A stretch of 64,000 nucleotides of DNA from Hugenholtzia roseola DSM 9546 (GTDB taxonomy: Bacteria; Bacteroidota; Bacteroidia; Cytophagales; Bernardetiaceae), in assembly GCF_000422585.1 (NCBI RefSeq), contig NZ_KE383880.1:1-64000 (forward strand), written 5' to 3'. Positions 1 to 9,388 of the stretch are shown piece after piece. How positions within the stretch are numbered: position 1 is the first letter of the stretch; every line of letters begins with the position of its first letter. Made by a program: the position numbers and the translations under genes. The notes beneath the pieces are model-generated. The model was given only the letters and a program-made list of their open reading frames with translations, made no database searches and was not told the origin of the DNA.

Positions 1-234
1 CCCCCGTTGGGCGTAGTCTCCGACTACGACCTATCAGTGCGGCAAATCTTTGATTTGCGTTGTAAGATACTGCAAAAATAGCAAAAAACAAGTACAAAAT
101 GCTATTTTGTCTATGTTTTAATAGTAGCAGCCCTGCAAAGCTAAGATTTGCGGAATTGATAAGTCTTAGTCGCAGACTAAGCCTAACATTTAGTTTTGTT
201 TTTTAATTATGGGAACACTACGCACAGCAGAGGG
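1..234. mobile_element. MITE-like repeat, family A, copy 1 (may extend left of the window); begins CCCCCGTTGGGCGTA, ends with a degenerate TACGCACAGCAGAGGG
   Basis: About 90% identical to 773..1004 and 1808..1939. Internal hairpins include GTAGTCtccGACTAC, GCAAATCTtAGATTTGC and CTTAGTCgcaGACTAAG. Confidence 0.6.
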
Positions 235-249
235 CTATGACCAGCAAAG

Positions 250-711
250 CTAATAAAAACGTCGCTTTGTTTTAGCCTCTTCATAAGGTAAAAGCCAATT
301 TTTAGGGAAACATCTATAATGAATGTCTTCTATTTTTCCTAAATAACAAAATTTTCCACCAAGCGCACCAAGCGCACGCCAAAGTAACACCTCCATGTAA
401 CCCATTTTCATTGGATTGAAATACCTTAAATCTAGTATTGTGTTTTTGTTATAATAAACTATTGAAGCATAACTTTTAGTTTGATTTGATATAAATTCTA
501 TCGCAATCTTATTTTTTTCAAGAAAAATATTAGACCAATCTTCTGGCAATTTTTCTATGATAGAATATGCTTCTTCACTATACTTAGCTTCTTGGCAAAT
601 AATCTGCATACCTGATAGCTCTTCCATTTTACTTCTAAGAGTAAAAGGGTCTGGTGCTCCTTCTTCAAACCAAACAGCATCAACTATATCTGTAGGAGGT
701 AGGTCGTTCAT
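250..711 (-). CDS. hypothetical protein, 153 aa, AT-rich orphan gene between MITE copies
   Basis: Intact ORF in the six-frame track. Low GC compared with the flanking housekeeping genes. I recognise no motif. Confidence 0.5.
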   Translation of the reverse strand: MNDLPPTDIVDAVWFEEGAPDPFTLRSKMEELSGMQIICQEAKYSEEAYSIIEKLPEDWSNIFLEKNKIAIEFISNQTKSYASIVYYNKNTILDLRYFNPMKMGYMEVLLWRALGALGGKFCYLGKIEDIHYRCFPKNWLLPYEEAKTKRRFY

Positions 712-772
712 GATTTTTTAAGTTTATTGTTGTTTAAACCATTCAAAAAGAAGTTTTGGAACTTGATGTACT

Positions 773-1004
773 CCCCGTTGGGCGTAGTCTCCGACTACGA
801 CCTATCAGTGCGGCAAATCTTAGATTTGCGTTGTAAGATACTGCAAAAATAGCAAAAAACAAATACAAAATGCTATTTTGTAGATGTTTTAATAGCAGCA
901 GCCCTGCAAATCTAAGATTTGCTGGATTGATAAGTCTTAGTCGCAGACTAAGACTAACATTTGGGCTATTTTTTGGTTATGGGAATAATACGCACAACGG
1001 GGGG
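773..1004. mobile_element. MITE-like repeat, family A, copy 2 (complete, 232 bp) with 14-16-bp terminal inverted repeats CCCCGTTGGGCGTA / TACGCACAACGGGG
   Basis: Both termini are readable directly and are reverse complements apart from one mismatch. A TATTTTTG motif (Bacteroidetes -7 type) inside the element is oriented toward the minus-strand genes. Confidence 0.65.
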
Positions 1005-1041
1005 AGTAGTTATTCATAAACTTTAATTTATGATATTAAAA

Positions 1042-1665
1042 CTAATCTTCTCCCTCCCAACCCTTTGAAGGCACTCTCCACGAGCCAAAGTCAGGCGGAT
1101 TTTCTCTTAAGTATTTTCTTTCAGTATACCCGTGATTGAATAGGCTATTATTAAAGCCACGAGTTTGCTCTCGCCAGCCGAAAGTAATAACTTCTATAAC
1201 TTCAGGGTCTTCGGTGTCTGAAATTATGTAATAGGGAGTACGAGGGTCTAAGGTAAAGCCCTTTATGCGTTTTGTAGTTTGAACAATAGTATCGCTACCT
1301 ATTACATAGGTAGAAACAACTGTATCTTCGCCTACATTATAAGAGCGTATAAGTATAGATTCTCCAACATATTTATCGTTTTCTTTGGCGACCTCCTTGT
1401 CTTCATAGTTTTTAAATATAAAGGCAGCAAGAGGAGTATAACCATGATAAATATCATGGCTATATAAATAGTATTTTTTTTGACTATTTTTCCACTTGCG
1501 CAATTCTCTGACCCTATATGCAGGATATTTTTTTGTATCCACTTCATAGGAGTAATACTTGCTTTCACAAGATGTAAAAATAATAATTAAACCTAATAGT
1601 ATTAGGTTTTGTTTTATCAAATAGTTGATAATATTATTAATTTTGTGGTTTATCTCTTTGTCCAT
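1042..1665 (-). CDS. hypothetical lipoprotein (ORF runs to 1722; likely start at the Met of MDKEINHK); lipobox-like LIIIFTSC
   Basis: Hydrophobic N-terminal segment followed by Cys (SpII-type signal). AT-rich. No family recognised. Confidence 0.5.
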   Translation of the reverse strand: MDKEINHKINNIINYLIKQNLILLGLIIIFTSCESKYYSYEVDTKKYPAYRVRELRKWKNSQKKYYLYSHDIYHGYTPLAAFIFKNYEDKEVAKENDKYVGESILIRSYNVGEDTVVSTYVIGSDTIVQTTKRIKGFTLDPRTPYYIISDTEDPEVIEVITFGWREQTRGFNNSLFNHGYTERKYLRENPPDFGSWRVPSKGWEGED

Positions 1666-1807
1666 AATTTTTAGCTCTGTGTTTGTATTTTCCTGATTCC
1701 CAATAAGGAGAATGTGTATCATCCCGTTTATTATATTGAGAGTAAACCGTTATCCTTCTTTTGGGATTTTCGTTTCTGTTTGGTGTAACAATAGAGAAAT
1801 TTCCCCT

Positions 1808-1939
1808 CCCCCGTTGGGCGTAGTCTCCGACTACGACCTATCAGTGCGGCAAATCTTAGATTTGCGTTGTAAGATACTGCAAAAATAGCAAAAAACAAAT
1901 ACAAAATGCTGTTTTTTAGATGTTTTAATAGTAGCAGCC
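1808..1939. mobile_element. MITE-like repeat, family A, copy 3 (3'-truncated), followed at 1942..1952 by a second fragment of the left TIR (CCCCGTTGGG)
   Basis: First ~130 bp nearly identical to copies 1 and 2, then diverges. Confidence 0.55.
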
Positions 1940-2000
1940 TTCCCCGTTGGGTACAGCAATGTATAAGTTCTACAAAAAGCCTTGTTTTGTCAAATTAGAA

Positions 2001-2110
2001 ACAAAATAAAATTTGGTTTTGACACCCTCCCTTTGGAGGAGGGCAGGGTGGGGTTCATTCCTTTTTTATTTCAATCCAACTTCGGAAAAGGCAATGCCTT
2101 GTCCCTACAA
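2001..2110. repeat. partial copy of MITE family B (left TIR-like AAATAAAATTTGG, a GGGCAGGGTGGGGTTCATTCC core and a REP half-site GGCAATGCCTTGTCCCTACA)
   Basis: Shares >80 bp with 27600..27700 and shorter blocks with 25797..25890 and 37265..37480. Confidence 0.55.
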
Positions 2111-2217
2111 ATGTCCGCAATTTTTAAAAAGTCCTGACAAAGAAAACCACCTAACCAACCCTATTTCTATTTCACTATTTCACAATGCCCTGCATCATTT
2201 GAGCGCAAATCAAAGCC

Positions 2218-3432
2218 CTATACGTACCCAAAGCGTACCCCAAGACCGCCAAAAGTGCGCCCACAGGAGCAAGAGCAGGGTGAAAAGCCGAGGCAACCAC
2301 AGGCGCGGAAGCCGCCCCCCCCAATATTCGCCTGACTGCCCACCGCCACAAAAAAGAACGGAGCGCGTATGAGATATGCCGTAAGCAAAAGAACAAGAAT
2401 ATGCACCAACATCCAAATAAGCCCCAAACTAATTACCCCCCAATTTTTGGCTACCTCGCCCAAATCCATCTTCATGCCGATACTTGCTACTAAAATATAA
2501 ATAAAAATACTACCAACTTTTGAAGCACCTGCCCCTTCGAGCTTGCGAATAGGTGAAAAGGAATAAAGGACACCGATTGTTGTTGCCAAAACGACAAGCC
2601 AAAAGAAACCATCGGCAAACGTTGTGAGTCGCCACTGTGAAAGGGTCTCGATGTGAGTCTGCATATAGGGAGCAATCAGGTCTGCGCCCCAATGCGAAAG
2701 AGCCGTTGCACCAAAGGCTGCCGCCAAAATCTGGAAGTAGTCGGTAGTAGTCGGATTTTTCGCCACCTGCTTTTGATAATTCGTCAGGTCGGCTTTCAAA
2801 GACTCAATGGCACTGTTATCAGCTTTTAGCCAACGGTCTATTTTGTCGCTAATGCTTGCCCCATACAAGACCACTCCCATCCAGATATTCGCCACAAAGA
2901 CATCGACGACTATCATAGCGGCAAAAAGATTATCGCTCGCCTGATAAATTTCCTTCATAGCCGCCTGATTTGCGCCCCCTCCAATCCAACTACCTGCAAT
3001 CGTCGCCATGCCACGCCAAAGTTCCGTACCACCCGCCTGCTCTACCACTTCGGGAAAAAAAGCGTGCATTACCCAAAGCGAAATAGGTCCTCCTATCATC
3101 ACACTGACCGTTCCTGCCAAAAACATCACAATAGCACGCCAGCCCAAATTGAGAACGCCTTTCAAATCGATGCCAATGCAAAGCAGCACCAAAGCCGCAG
3201 GAAGCAGGTAGCGCGAACTCACAAAATAGAGTTTAGAACTTTCGCCTGAAATGACATTAAAATAGGTGAGCAAGGCAGGCAAGAAATAACAAAGTACCAA
3301 GGCAGGCACAAACTTGTAAAACTTCTGAAAGATAGGATGTTGGCTGCGTTCTGTGGTGAAAATGAAGGCTAAAATTGTTATCAAAATTCCAAGAACGATA
3401 GCGTCGTTGGTAAAATAAGGTTGATTTTCCAT
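2218..3432 (-). CDS. DUF819-family integral membrane protein
   Basis: 404 aa with multiple predicted TM segments and an N-terminus typical of DUF819 proteins. The Gly/Cys-rich C-terminal tail is unusual and could hide a frameshift. Confidence 0.55.
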   Translation of the reverse strand: MENQPYFTNDAIVLGILITILAFIFTTERSQHPIFQKFYKFVPALVLCYFLPALLTYFNVISGESSKLYFVSSRYLLPAALVLLCIGIDLKGVLNLGWRAIVMFLAGTVSVMIGGPISLWVMHAFFPEVVEQAGGTELWRGMATIAGSWIGGGANQAAMKEIYQASDNLFAAMIVVDVFVANIWMGVVLYGASISDKIDRWLKADNSAIESLKADLTNYQKQVAKNPTTTDYFQILAAAFGATALSHWGADLIAPYMQTHIETLSQWRLTTFADGFFWLVVLATTIGVLYSFSPIRKLEGAGASKVGSIFIYILVASIGMKMDLGEVAKNWGVISLGLIWMLVHILVLLLTAYLIRAPFFFVAVGSQANIGGGGFRACGCLGFSPCSCSCGRTFGGLGVRFGYV

Positions 3433-3676
3433 TTTTTCTAAAAAAGGGGCGCGGCAGAAAGCCTATGTTTAGGGTGTTGTTGGGTTAGATTTCAAAGTAA
3501 GAAATTTTTTTAACAATAAGCAAGCCTTCACAAAAAAAAGTGCGCTCGGATATGATTTTTTTTTGAGTTGTGATGAAAAAGTCGTTTTTTATTTGGCATA
3601 GACAGAAAAACAAGGGGTTATTTCCGTGTGTATTAGATGCTGGTCTACCTGAAACTAATAAGGAGATTGCTTTTTA

Positions 3677-5350
3677 TCAAAATTTCCAGCGATTTACAGC
3701 AAAATCTATCAACTCTTTATTTCTTATATTTATTTGATTGTCATCCCAATTTTTATATTGTATAAGGTCGTGTTCAATAATAAGTTTTGATTTTTTGTAA
3801 ATTTCTTTTTTTATGTTAAATTCTTTATTTGAAAGCACAGAATTATCATAGGTAATGGTGAGATTGCCCAACTTATGTAAATTTTTGGAAGGTTCTCGAT
3901 TGAGTGGATTTTGTGGTTCTATGTGTTCAACACTTAATTTTTTAGTCTTAAAATCATTACAAAAATCAGTAAAACTAAAAGGAAAAAAGTCAGAGTTTTT
4001 ATATTTATGTAAGTAACATTCATACTCAAAAAAGAAATATGCTATTTCATCACTTTGTTGGTCATTAGCAAAATTGATACTTTGTAATGCCAGCCTAAAA
4101 TTTTGAGTTGTGGCATATTCATTATTACATAGCAGTTCCTTTATGGTTTTTAACTCAGCCTTTTGAGAGTAGATTTGAAAGGCTAATTTATGAAAAATTG
4201 TCTGGGCGGCTTGCCCTTTTCTATTTCCTATTTTGTAAACTCTAAAAGAAAAAACTTCTAATATACGCAATATTTCCAATAATTCTATTTCTTTATATCT
4301 ACTAAATAAAGAAATTAATAAAGGAATAAAATTTGTATCATTTCCAAGCCATGTAATTTTGCTTACAATATTTTTAACTTCTTCACTATGAAATTCCTTT
4401 CTTATTATTTTAGAATAAAAAGATGTAACATTAAATAAAAAATCTACGTAATTTTTTACATCATTCTTAGTACAGTTGTCTTTTATATTTAAATCTGATT
4501 TAATTTGTGCATGAATATCTGAATCATTAACACCTTTATATATAATATAAGAATATCGTAGTATATCATTTTCTGTTGTTGGAGTAGCTTTAATTCGCAT
4601 CATTTCTTTAAATATATTTCCAAATGTATTATTTATATAATATGATAAATTTTCATCTTGTAATCTTGCTGAAAGAAATATAAGATAGTTTTTAACTTTA
4701 TCTATTTGAGTTAAAGGTAGTCCTCTATTATTCATAGTTTCAAAAACCACTCCTACATCAGAATCTTTTGCTAAAGTATAAAAATTAACTTTAAATTTTG
4801 TCATCAAACAACTATAGAATTTTTGCAATTTTGTTATATCTTTATGACTTTCTAAAAAACGACTAATTTGCTTTTTAGCTTCGGCAAGATTTTCTTGAGA
4901 TTTATTTTCATACTTATTTGGTAAATTAGAAACAGTGTTATTAATTATGTATTTTTTATAAAAATCATCACTATCACTATTCAAAGTTAGTATAGGATTA
5001 TTCTGATATATAATATTTTTTAGTATATCTTCTAAAACGTCTTTATCTACTTTTAATGCGTTAAATCTATTATAGATGGCTTGAACAAAAATAGTAAATG
5101 TTGTAAATCTTTGCTGTCCATCAACTACATCAAATAGTTTAAATGTTTTTGGAAAAATCTCTCTACTCCCTTTTTCAATCAAGGTAATTGTCCCAGTGTA
5201 GTGTTCCTTAACCTTGTCGTCTTCTGCCGCTTCTTGCAAATCTTCCAAAAACTCTTTAACTTGTTGTGCCTGCCAAGCATAACCACGCTGATAGTTAGGA
5301 ACATTAAACATTCCTTGTTGAAAAAATGCCTGTACTGTTATTAAATCCAT
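3677..5350 (-). CDS. DUF262/DUF1524 two-domain endonuclease (GmrSD-like type IV restriction enzyme family)
   Basis: N-terminal DGQQR motif (VVDGQQRFTTF). C-terminal His-Me finger DUF1524 signature (SVEHIEPQNP...HKLGNLTI). Markedly AT-rich compared with its neighbours. Confidence 0.8.
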   Translation of the reverse strand: MDLITVQAFFQQGMFNVPNYQRGYAWQAQQVKEFLEDLQEAAEDDKVKEHYTGTITLIEKGSREIFPKTFKLFDVVDGQQRFTTFTIFVQAIYNRFNALKVDKDVLEDILKNIIYQNNPILTLNSDSDDFYKKYIINNTVSNLPNKYENKSQENLAEAKKQISRFLESHKDITKLQKFYSCLMTKFKVNFYTLAKDSDVGVVFETMNNRGLPLTQIDKVKNYLIFLSARLQDENLSYYINNTFGNIFKEMMRIKATPTTENDILRYSYIIYKGVNDSDIHAQIKSDLNIKDNCTKNDVKNYVDFLFNVTSFYSKIIRKEFHSEEVKNIVSKITWLGNDTNFIPLLISLFSRYKEIELLEILRILEVFSFRVYKIGNRKGQAAQTIFHKLAFQIYSQKAELKTIKELLCNNEYATTQNFRLALQSINFANDQQSDEIAYFFFEYECYLHKYKNSDFFPFSFTDFCNDFKTKKLSVEHIEPQNPLNREPSKNLHKLGNLTITYDNSVLSNKEFNIKKEIYKKSKLIIEHDLIQYKNWDDNQINIRNKELIDFAVNRWKF

Positions 5351-5536
5351 TTTAAGTATTTGAGTTAATTAAACTGAGTTGAAATAGTAACGTTAGAACA
5401 TAATCTTTATGCAAGTTACAACCATTATCTCATTATTCCAAATAAAAAATCTAAAAGCCTCAACCCTGCTCGAAAGTAGCATTTTCGAAGAGGATTGAGG
5501 CAATTTTATTAAAATTTTAAAAACTTATGATTTTGT

Positions 5537-7240
5537 TTATTCTAATCTATTTTTTAAATCTAAATCAAACCTTTCAGCATAGTTTTGCGCAATTTCATAA
5601 CCAGCATCTGCATGGCGGATAACGCCCATAGCAGGGTCGTTGTGCAACACTCTTTTAAGGCGTTTTTTGGCTTCCTTTGTGCCATCTGCCAAAATGACCA
5701 TGCCTGCATGAATCGAGTAACCCATACCGACTCCGCCGCCATGATGCAAAGAAACCCAAGTTGCGCCGCCTGCGGTATTGATAAGGGCATTTAGCACTGC
5801 CCAGTCTGCAATCGCATCAGAGCCGTCCTTCATGGCTTCGGTTTCGCGGTTAGGTGAAGCTACCGAGCCTGTATCGAGGTGGTCGCGCCCAATGACAATC
5901 GGGGCTTTCACAATTCCCTTTTTCACGAGCTTGTTCAAAGCCAAAGCCGCCTTCTGACGCTCCCCCATGCGCAGCCAACAGATACGCGCAGGAAGCCCCT
6001 GAAAGGCAATGCGCTCCTGTGCCATTTTTATCCAACGGTGCAAAGACTCATCTTCGGGGAAAAGTTCTAATAGCACTTTATCACATTCGTAGATATCCTG
6101 TGGGTCGCCTGAAAGGGCTGCAAAGCGGAAAGGACCCTTGCCCTCACAAAAGAGGGGGCGAATGTAGGCAGGCACAAAGCCGGGGAAAGCAAAGGCATTG
6201 TCGATGTGGCGTTGGTCGTGCGCTTGTCCGCGTAGGTTGTTGCCATAGTCGAAGACCACAGCTCCCCTTTTTTGCAATTCTACCATCTGCAAGACGTGAC
6301 GCGCCATTGTATCCAAAGAGAGTTTGACATATTGCTGCGGATTTTCATTTCGCAAAACTGCTGCCTGCTCTACACTGATATTTTCGGGAAAATAGCCATT
6401 CAGTGGGTCGTGAGCGGAAGTCTGGTCGGTAAGCACATCGGGGGTGAGATTTCTATCTAAAAGACGCTGTAGCAAATCCACAATATTGCAAACTACCCCA
6501 ATAGAAAGGGCTTCGCCGTTGGCTTTTGCAGCTAAGGCAGCATCAATGGCAGCATCTATGTCGTGTATTTTTTGGTCTAAATAGCGCGTTTCAAGGCGTT
6601 TATCGATGCGCCACTCTTCCATTTCGGCTGCCAAACATACGCCGCCATTCATCGTAACGGCTAAGGGTTGCGCTCCGCCCATACCTCCTAAACCTGCCGT
6701 AACGCTTAGTGTATTTTTAAGGCTGCCGCCAAAATGCTGCTGCGCAACGGCAGCAAAGGTTTCATACGTGCCTTGCACAATTCCCTGCGAACCAATATAA
6801 ATCCACGAGCCTGCCGTCATCTGACCATACATAATCAGCCCTTTTTTATCTAATTCGTGAAAAGTGTCCCAATTTGCCCATCTTGGCACGAGCATAGAAT
6901 TAGAAATCAAGACACGCGGCGCGTTTTTATGAGTAGGCAAAATCGCAACAGGCTTGCCCGACTGTATCAATAAAGTTTCGTCATCTTCTAAATCTTTGAG
7001 TGCCTTGACTATCAAATCAAAAGCCTCCCAGTTGCGTGCCGCCTTTCCAATGCCGCCATAAACGATAAGGTCTTCGGGTTTTTCGGCAACTTCGGGGTCT
7101 AAGTTATTGTAAAGCATGCGCAGGGCAGCCTCCTGCTGCCAACCTTTGGTATTGAGCAGATTGCCTTTTGGGGTCGCACCCATTTTAGAGATGTCGGTGA
7201 TAGTATTCGAATCTAATTTTGAATCTAAGGTAGTGTCCAT
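5537..7240 (-). CDS. hutU: urocanate hydratase
   Basis: Strong family-level similarity over the full length ([13 protein letters not shown]-binding region). The track ORF extends to 7378, but the Met at 7240 gives the canonical ~567-aa length. Confidence 0.9.
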   Translation of the reverse strand: MDTTLDSKLDSNTITDISKMGATPKGNLLNTKGWQQEAALRMLYNNLDPEVAEKPEDLIVYGGIGKAARNWEAFDLIVKALKDLEDDETLLIQSGKPVAILPTHKNAPRVLISNSMLVPRWANWDTFHELDKKGLIMYGQMTAGSWIYIGSQGIVQGTYETFAAVAQQHFGGSLKNTLSVTAGLGGMGGAQPLAVTMNGGVCLAAEMEEWRIDKRLETRYLDQKIHDIDAAIDAALAAKANGEALSIGVVCNIVDLLQRLLDRNLTPDVLTDQTSAHDPLNGYFPENISVEQAAVLRNENPQQYVKLSLDTMARHVLQMVELQKRGAVVFDYGNNLRGQAHDQRHIDNAFAFPGFVPAYIRPLFCEGKGPFRFAALSGDPQDIYECDKVLLELFPEDESLHRWIKMAQERIAFQGLPARICWLRMGERQKAALALNKLVKKGIVKAPIVIGRDHLDTGSVASPNRETEAMKDGSDAIADWAVLNALINTAGGATWVSLHHGGGVGMGYSIHAGMVILADGTKEAKKRLKRVLHNDPAMGVIRHADAGYEIAQNYAERFDLDLKNRLE

Positions 7241-7432
7241 TTGTTTGTGGTGTGAATGGGTTTTGGAATCTAAATTTTGGAATAGCCAAAAATACACATT
7301 TTCATTCGAACCCTCAAAATAGCGCAAAAGTTTTCCTACTGCACCCCAAAAGCCGAAACGCCTCCCAAAGCCCTGCAATCGGGTTTAGGAGGCATCTTCT
7401 TGTTTGCTTTTGTAAGAAACGCTAATCAAGTC

Positions 7433-8299
7433 TTACTTTTTAAAAGTTTTGGCAAACCACAGTTGCGCCTTCGAAGGCTTGTTTTCGGGTCTTAAAAGCG
7501 GCTCCTGCTCTAAGGCAGCTTGTTCGGTCAGGTTGCTCACTTTGGGCATCAAAAGCCAAAGTAAAAGATAAACAGGCAGCGTCGCACCTTTCACCAAAAG
7601 CCCCCCTAAGAAAAGCGCACGTACTAAGGTTTCATCTATCCCTAAATATTTTGCCAAGCCCGAAGCTACTCCTGCAATTTTGCTATCTGTGGCACTGCGG
7701 CGCAATCGCTTGACATTGAAATCGCCCAAATCGGCAGAGGAAGGCGCAGCCATCCAAGCTACCAAATACGCCAATAGTGCGAAGCCCCCTGTCATAAATA
7801 GCCCTCCCACAAAGGCGAGGCGCGTCCAGAGCGGGTCTATTCCCAAATAGTGCGCCAGACCAGAGGCTACGCCGCCCAACTTTTTATGGCTTCGGTCTAA
7901 ATAAAATTTGGTATTTTGTCGCATAGGCTTTGAATATGCCTGCTGACTGTTTATCGCTTGTTTGCCTTTCCATTGACGTTGTCTTTCAAAATAGAGCGCG
8001 TCTAAATCTATGCCTTCTGATAGGGCAATTTCGCGCGGCGTGCCTACCTGCAAAATCATCAATTCTATATCCTGCGCATCGATGGTGTATTTGGGCGGAT
8101 TGAGGCGCAAAAGGAAAATTTCGGCGATACGGTTTTCCAAATCTTCCAGAATATTATCCAAATCTCCGCCTTGCGAGCCTTCGATTTTTTGGAAGGCTTG
8201 TTGTAGGCTAAAAAGATAGTTTTTGAGCGTTTCGTAATCGCGTGGCTCTATGTAAAAAGTGATGCCACCAATTTGAATTTCGTAGGGCGTAGCGTCCAT
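7433..8299 (-). CDS. PspC-domain membrane protein (two PspC repeats)
   Basis: Two copies of the motif KxxGVASGLAxYLGID followed by a TM helix. Likely start at MDATPYE (8299). Confidence 0.7.
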   Translation of the reverse strand: MDATPYEIQIGGITFYIEPRDYETLKNYLFSLQQAFQKIEGSQGGDLDNILEDLENRIAEIFLLRLNPPKYTIDAQDIELMILQVGTPREIALSEGIDLDALYFERQRQWKGKQAINSQQAYSKPMRQNTKFYLDRSHKKLGGVASGLAHYLGIDPLWTRLAFVGGLFMTGGFALLAYLVAWMAAPSSADLGDFNVKRLRRSATDSKIAGVASGLAKYLGIDETLVRALFLGGLLVKGATLPVYLLLWLLMPKVSNLTEQAALEQEPLLRPENKPSKAQLWFAKTFKK

Positions 8300-8582
8300 A
8301 AAAGAAGGGGAATGAGAGGTAGTAATGAGAGGTAGTGAGGAAAAAGAGTGTGAGAACTTTTTTTGGAATAAGTAGAGAAAAAAAGATTTTCTTACAAAGG
8401 GCAATTTTTTTATCCGAAATAGCGCACAAAAAAGCAAAAACGATAAATTGTTTGTTTTTTTTGGGCTTTCACCTAATTTTCTACTTCGAAGAAGGCTAAT
8501 TGAAGCTCGACTTTAAACCGAATTTTATCCTAAAATTTAGCCTAAAATTCAAGCCAAAATCCTACTTAGTTTTGGGTCAGAT

Positions 8583-8996
8583 TTAAGATGCAAACTTAGC
8601 CGCTCTTTCAGTGCTTGGTTCGCTTGCCGTTTGAGGGGTCAGAATTTGAGCGGTAGCATTTTGAAGTTGTGTCCAACTTTGCAGCAACCCCAGATATACG
8701 GCTCTGCCCTGCGGCGTAATTTGGTAATATTTGCGCGGCGGTGCGCCTACGGCTTCGCGCCAAGCGTATGTGAGCAAGCCTGCCTTTTGCAGCCGATTGA
8801 GCAATGGATAAAGCGTGCCTTCCACCACAATTAGCGTCGCTGCCTTCAATTCTACGAGCATATCACCTGCATAAGTTTCCTGTCGCGCCAAGATTGATAA
8901 GACACACAGTTCTAAAATGCCTTTGCGCATCTGCACTTGCGCATTTTCTAAGGTGTTTAGATTGGTGTTTAGGTTCGTCGGTTCGGTTGTGTTCAT
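8583..8996 (-). CDS. PadR-family transcriptional regulator
   Basis: Winged-HTH PadR signature (ILELCVLSIL...GTLYPLLNRLQKAGLL). Sits upstream of the PspC-domain gene, a common pairing. Confidence 0.8.
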   Translation of the reverse strand: MNTTEPTNLNTNLNTLENAQVQMRKGILELCVLSILARQETYAGDMLVELKAATLIVVEGTLYPLLNRLQKAGLLTYAWREAVGAPPRKYYQITPQGRAVYLGLLQSWTQLQNATAQILTPQTASEPSTERAAKFAS

Positions 8997-9163
8997 AAAA
9001 AAGAAAGGACAAAAGGTAGAGTAAGAAGGTGCGAAAAGCAAAGCCCCTTGCATTTTTGTACGCAACCTTGTATAAAAAGTTACTTGGCAATACAAGGTAG
9101 TGAAATTTTTTTTCTCTTTTTTTTGTTTTGATAAAAAAAGCTGCTACCTTTGCAGAACCAAAA

Positions 9164-9237
<74 letters not shown>

Positions 9238-9257
9238 CTCTTTTAAATAAACTGAAA

Positions 9258-9300
9258 AAACTTCTTTTTTAGCTCCAAAGGCAAAAAAGAAGTTTTTTTT
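9258..9300. terminator. bidirectional intrinsic terminator (AAACTTCTTTTTT...AAAAAAGAAGTTT hairpin followed by T8) between tRNA-Ala and the convergent vault-protein gene
   Basis: Inverted repeat and T-run read directly. Confidence 0.6.
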
Positions 9301-9388
9301 ATGACTTTTTCCAAAGTTTTTTTCCAAAAATTAGGTACAAATGTAGGGACAAGGCACTGCCTTGTCCCTACAATACATTTGCGAAAAG

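Noticed and set aside
1-1960. CRISPR array or integron cassette array as an explanation for the three direct repeats.
   Set aside because: The repeat units are ~230 bp with their own terminal inverted repeats and ~90% identity to one another. CRISPR repeats are 25-50 bp with regular short spacers. attC sites are sequence-divergent and shorter. No cas or intI gene is in the window. A MITE family fits better.
2013-2416. Plus- and minus-strand short ORFs overlapping the 3' end of the DUF819 gene (2013..2372, 2175..2396, 2210..2416).
   Set aside because: They overlap a GC-rich gene end and a repeat element. No independent support.
5537-7378. N-terminal extensions in the ORF track: hutU to 7378, PspC gene to 8437, PadR to 9095, kynU from 17595, lspA from 20378, rpsJ to 51900, fusA to 54235, the lipoprotein to 58781, and the TPR and 484-aa genes.
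   Set aside because: Family lengths and conserved N-termini indicate internal Met starts. The extensions run through low-complexity or unrelated sequence.
8316-8345. Tandem duplication AATGAGAGGTAGT x2 just upstream of the PspC-domain gene start.
   Set aside because: Only two copies, in a non-coding leader. Not enough to infer function.
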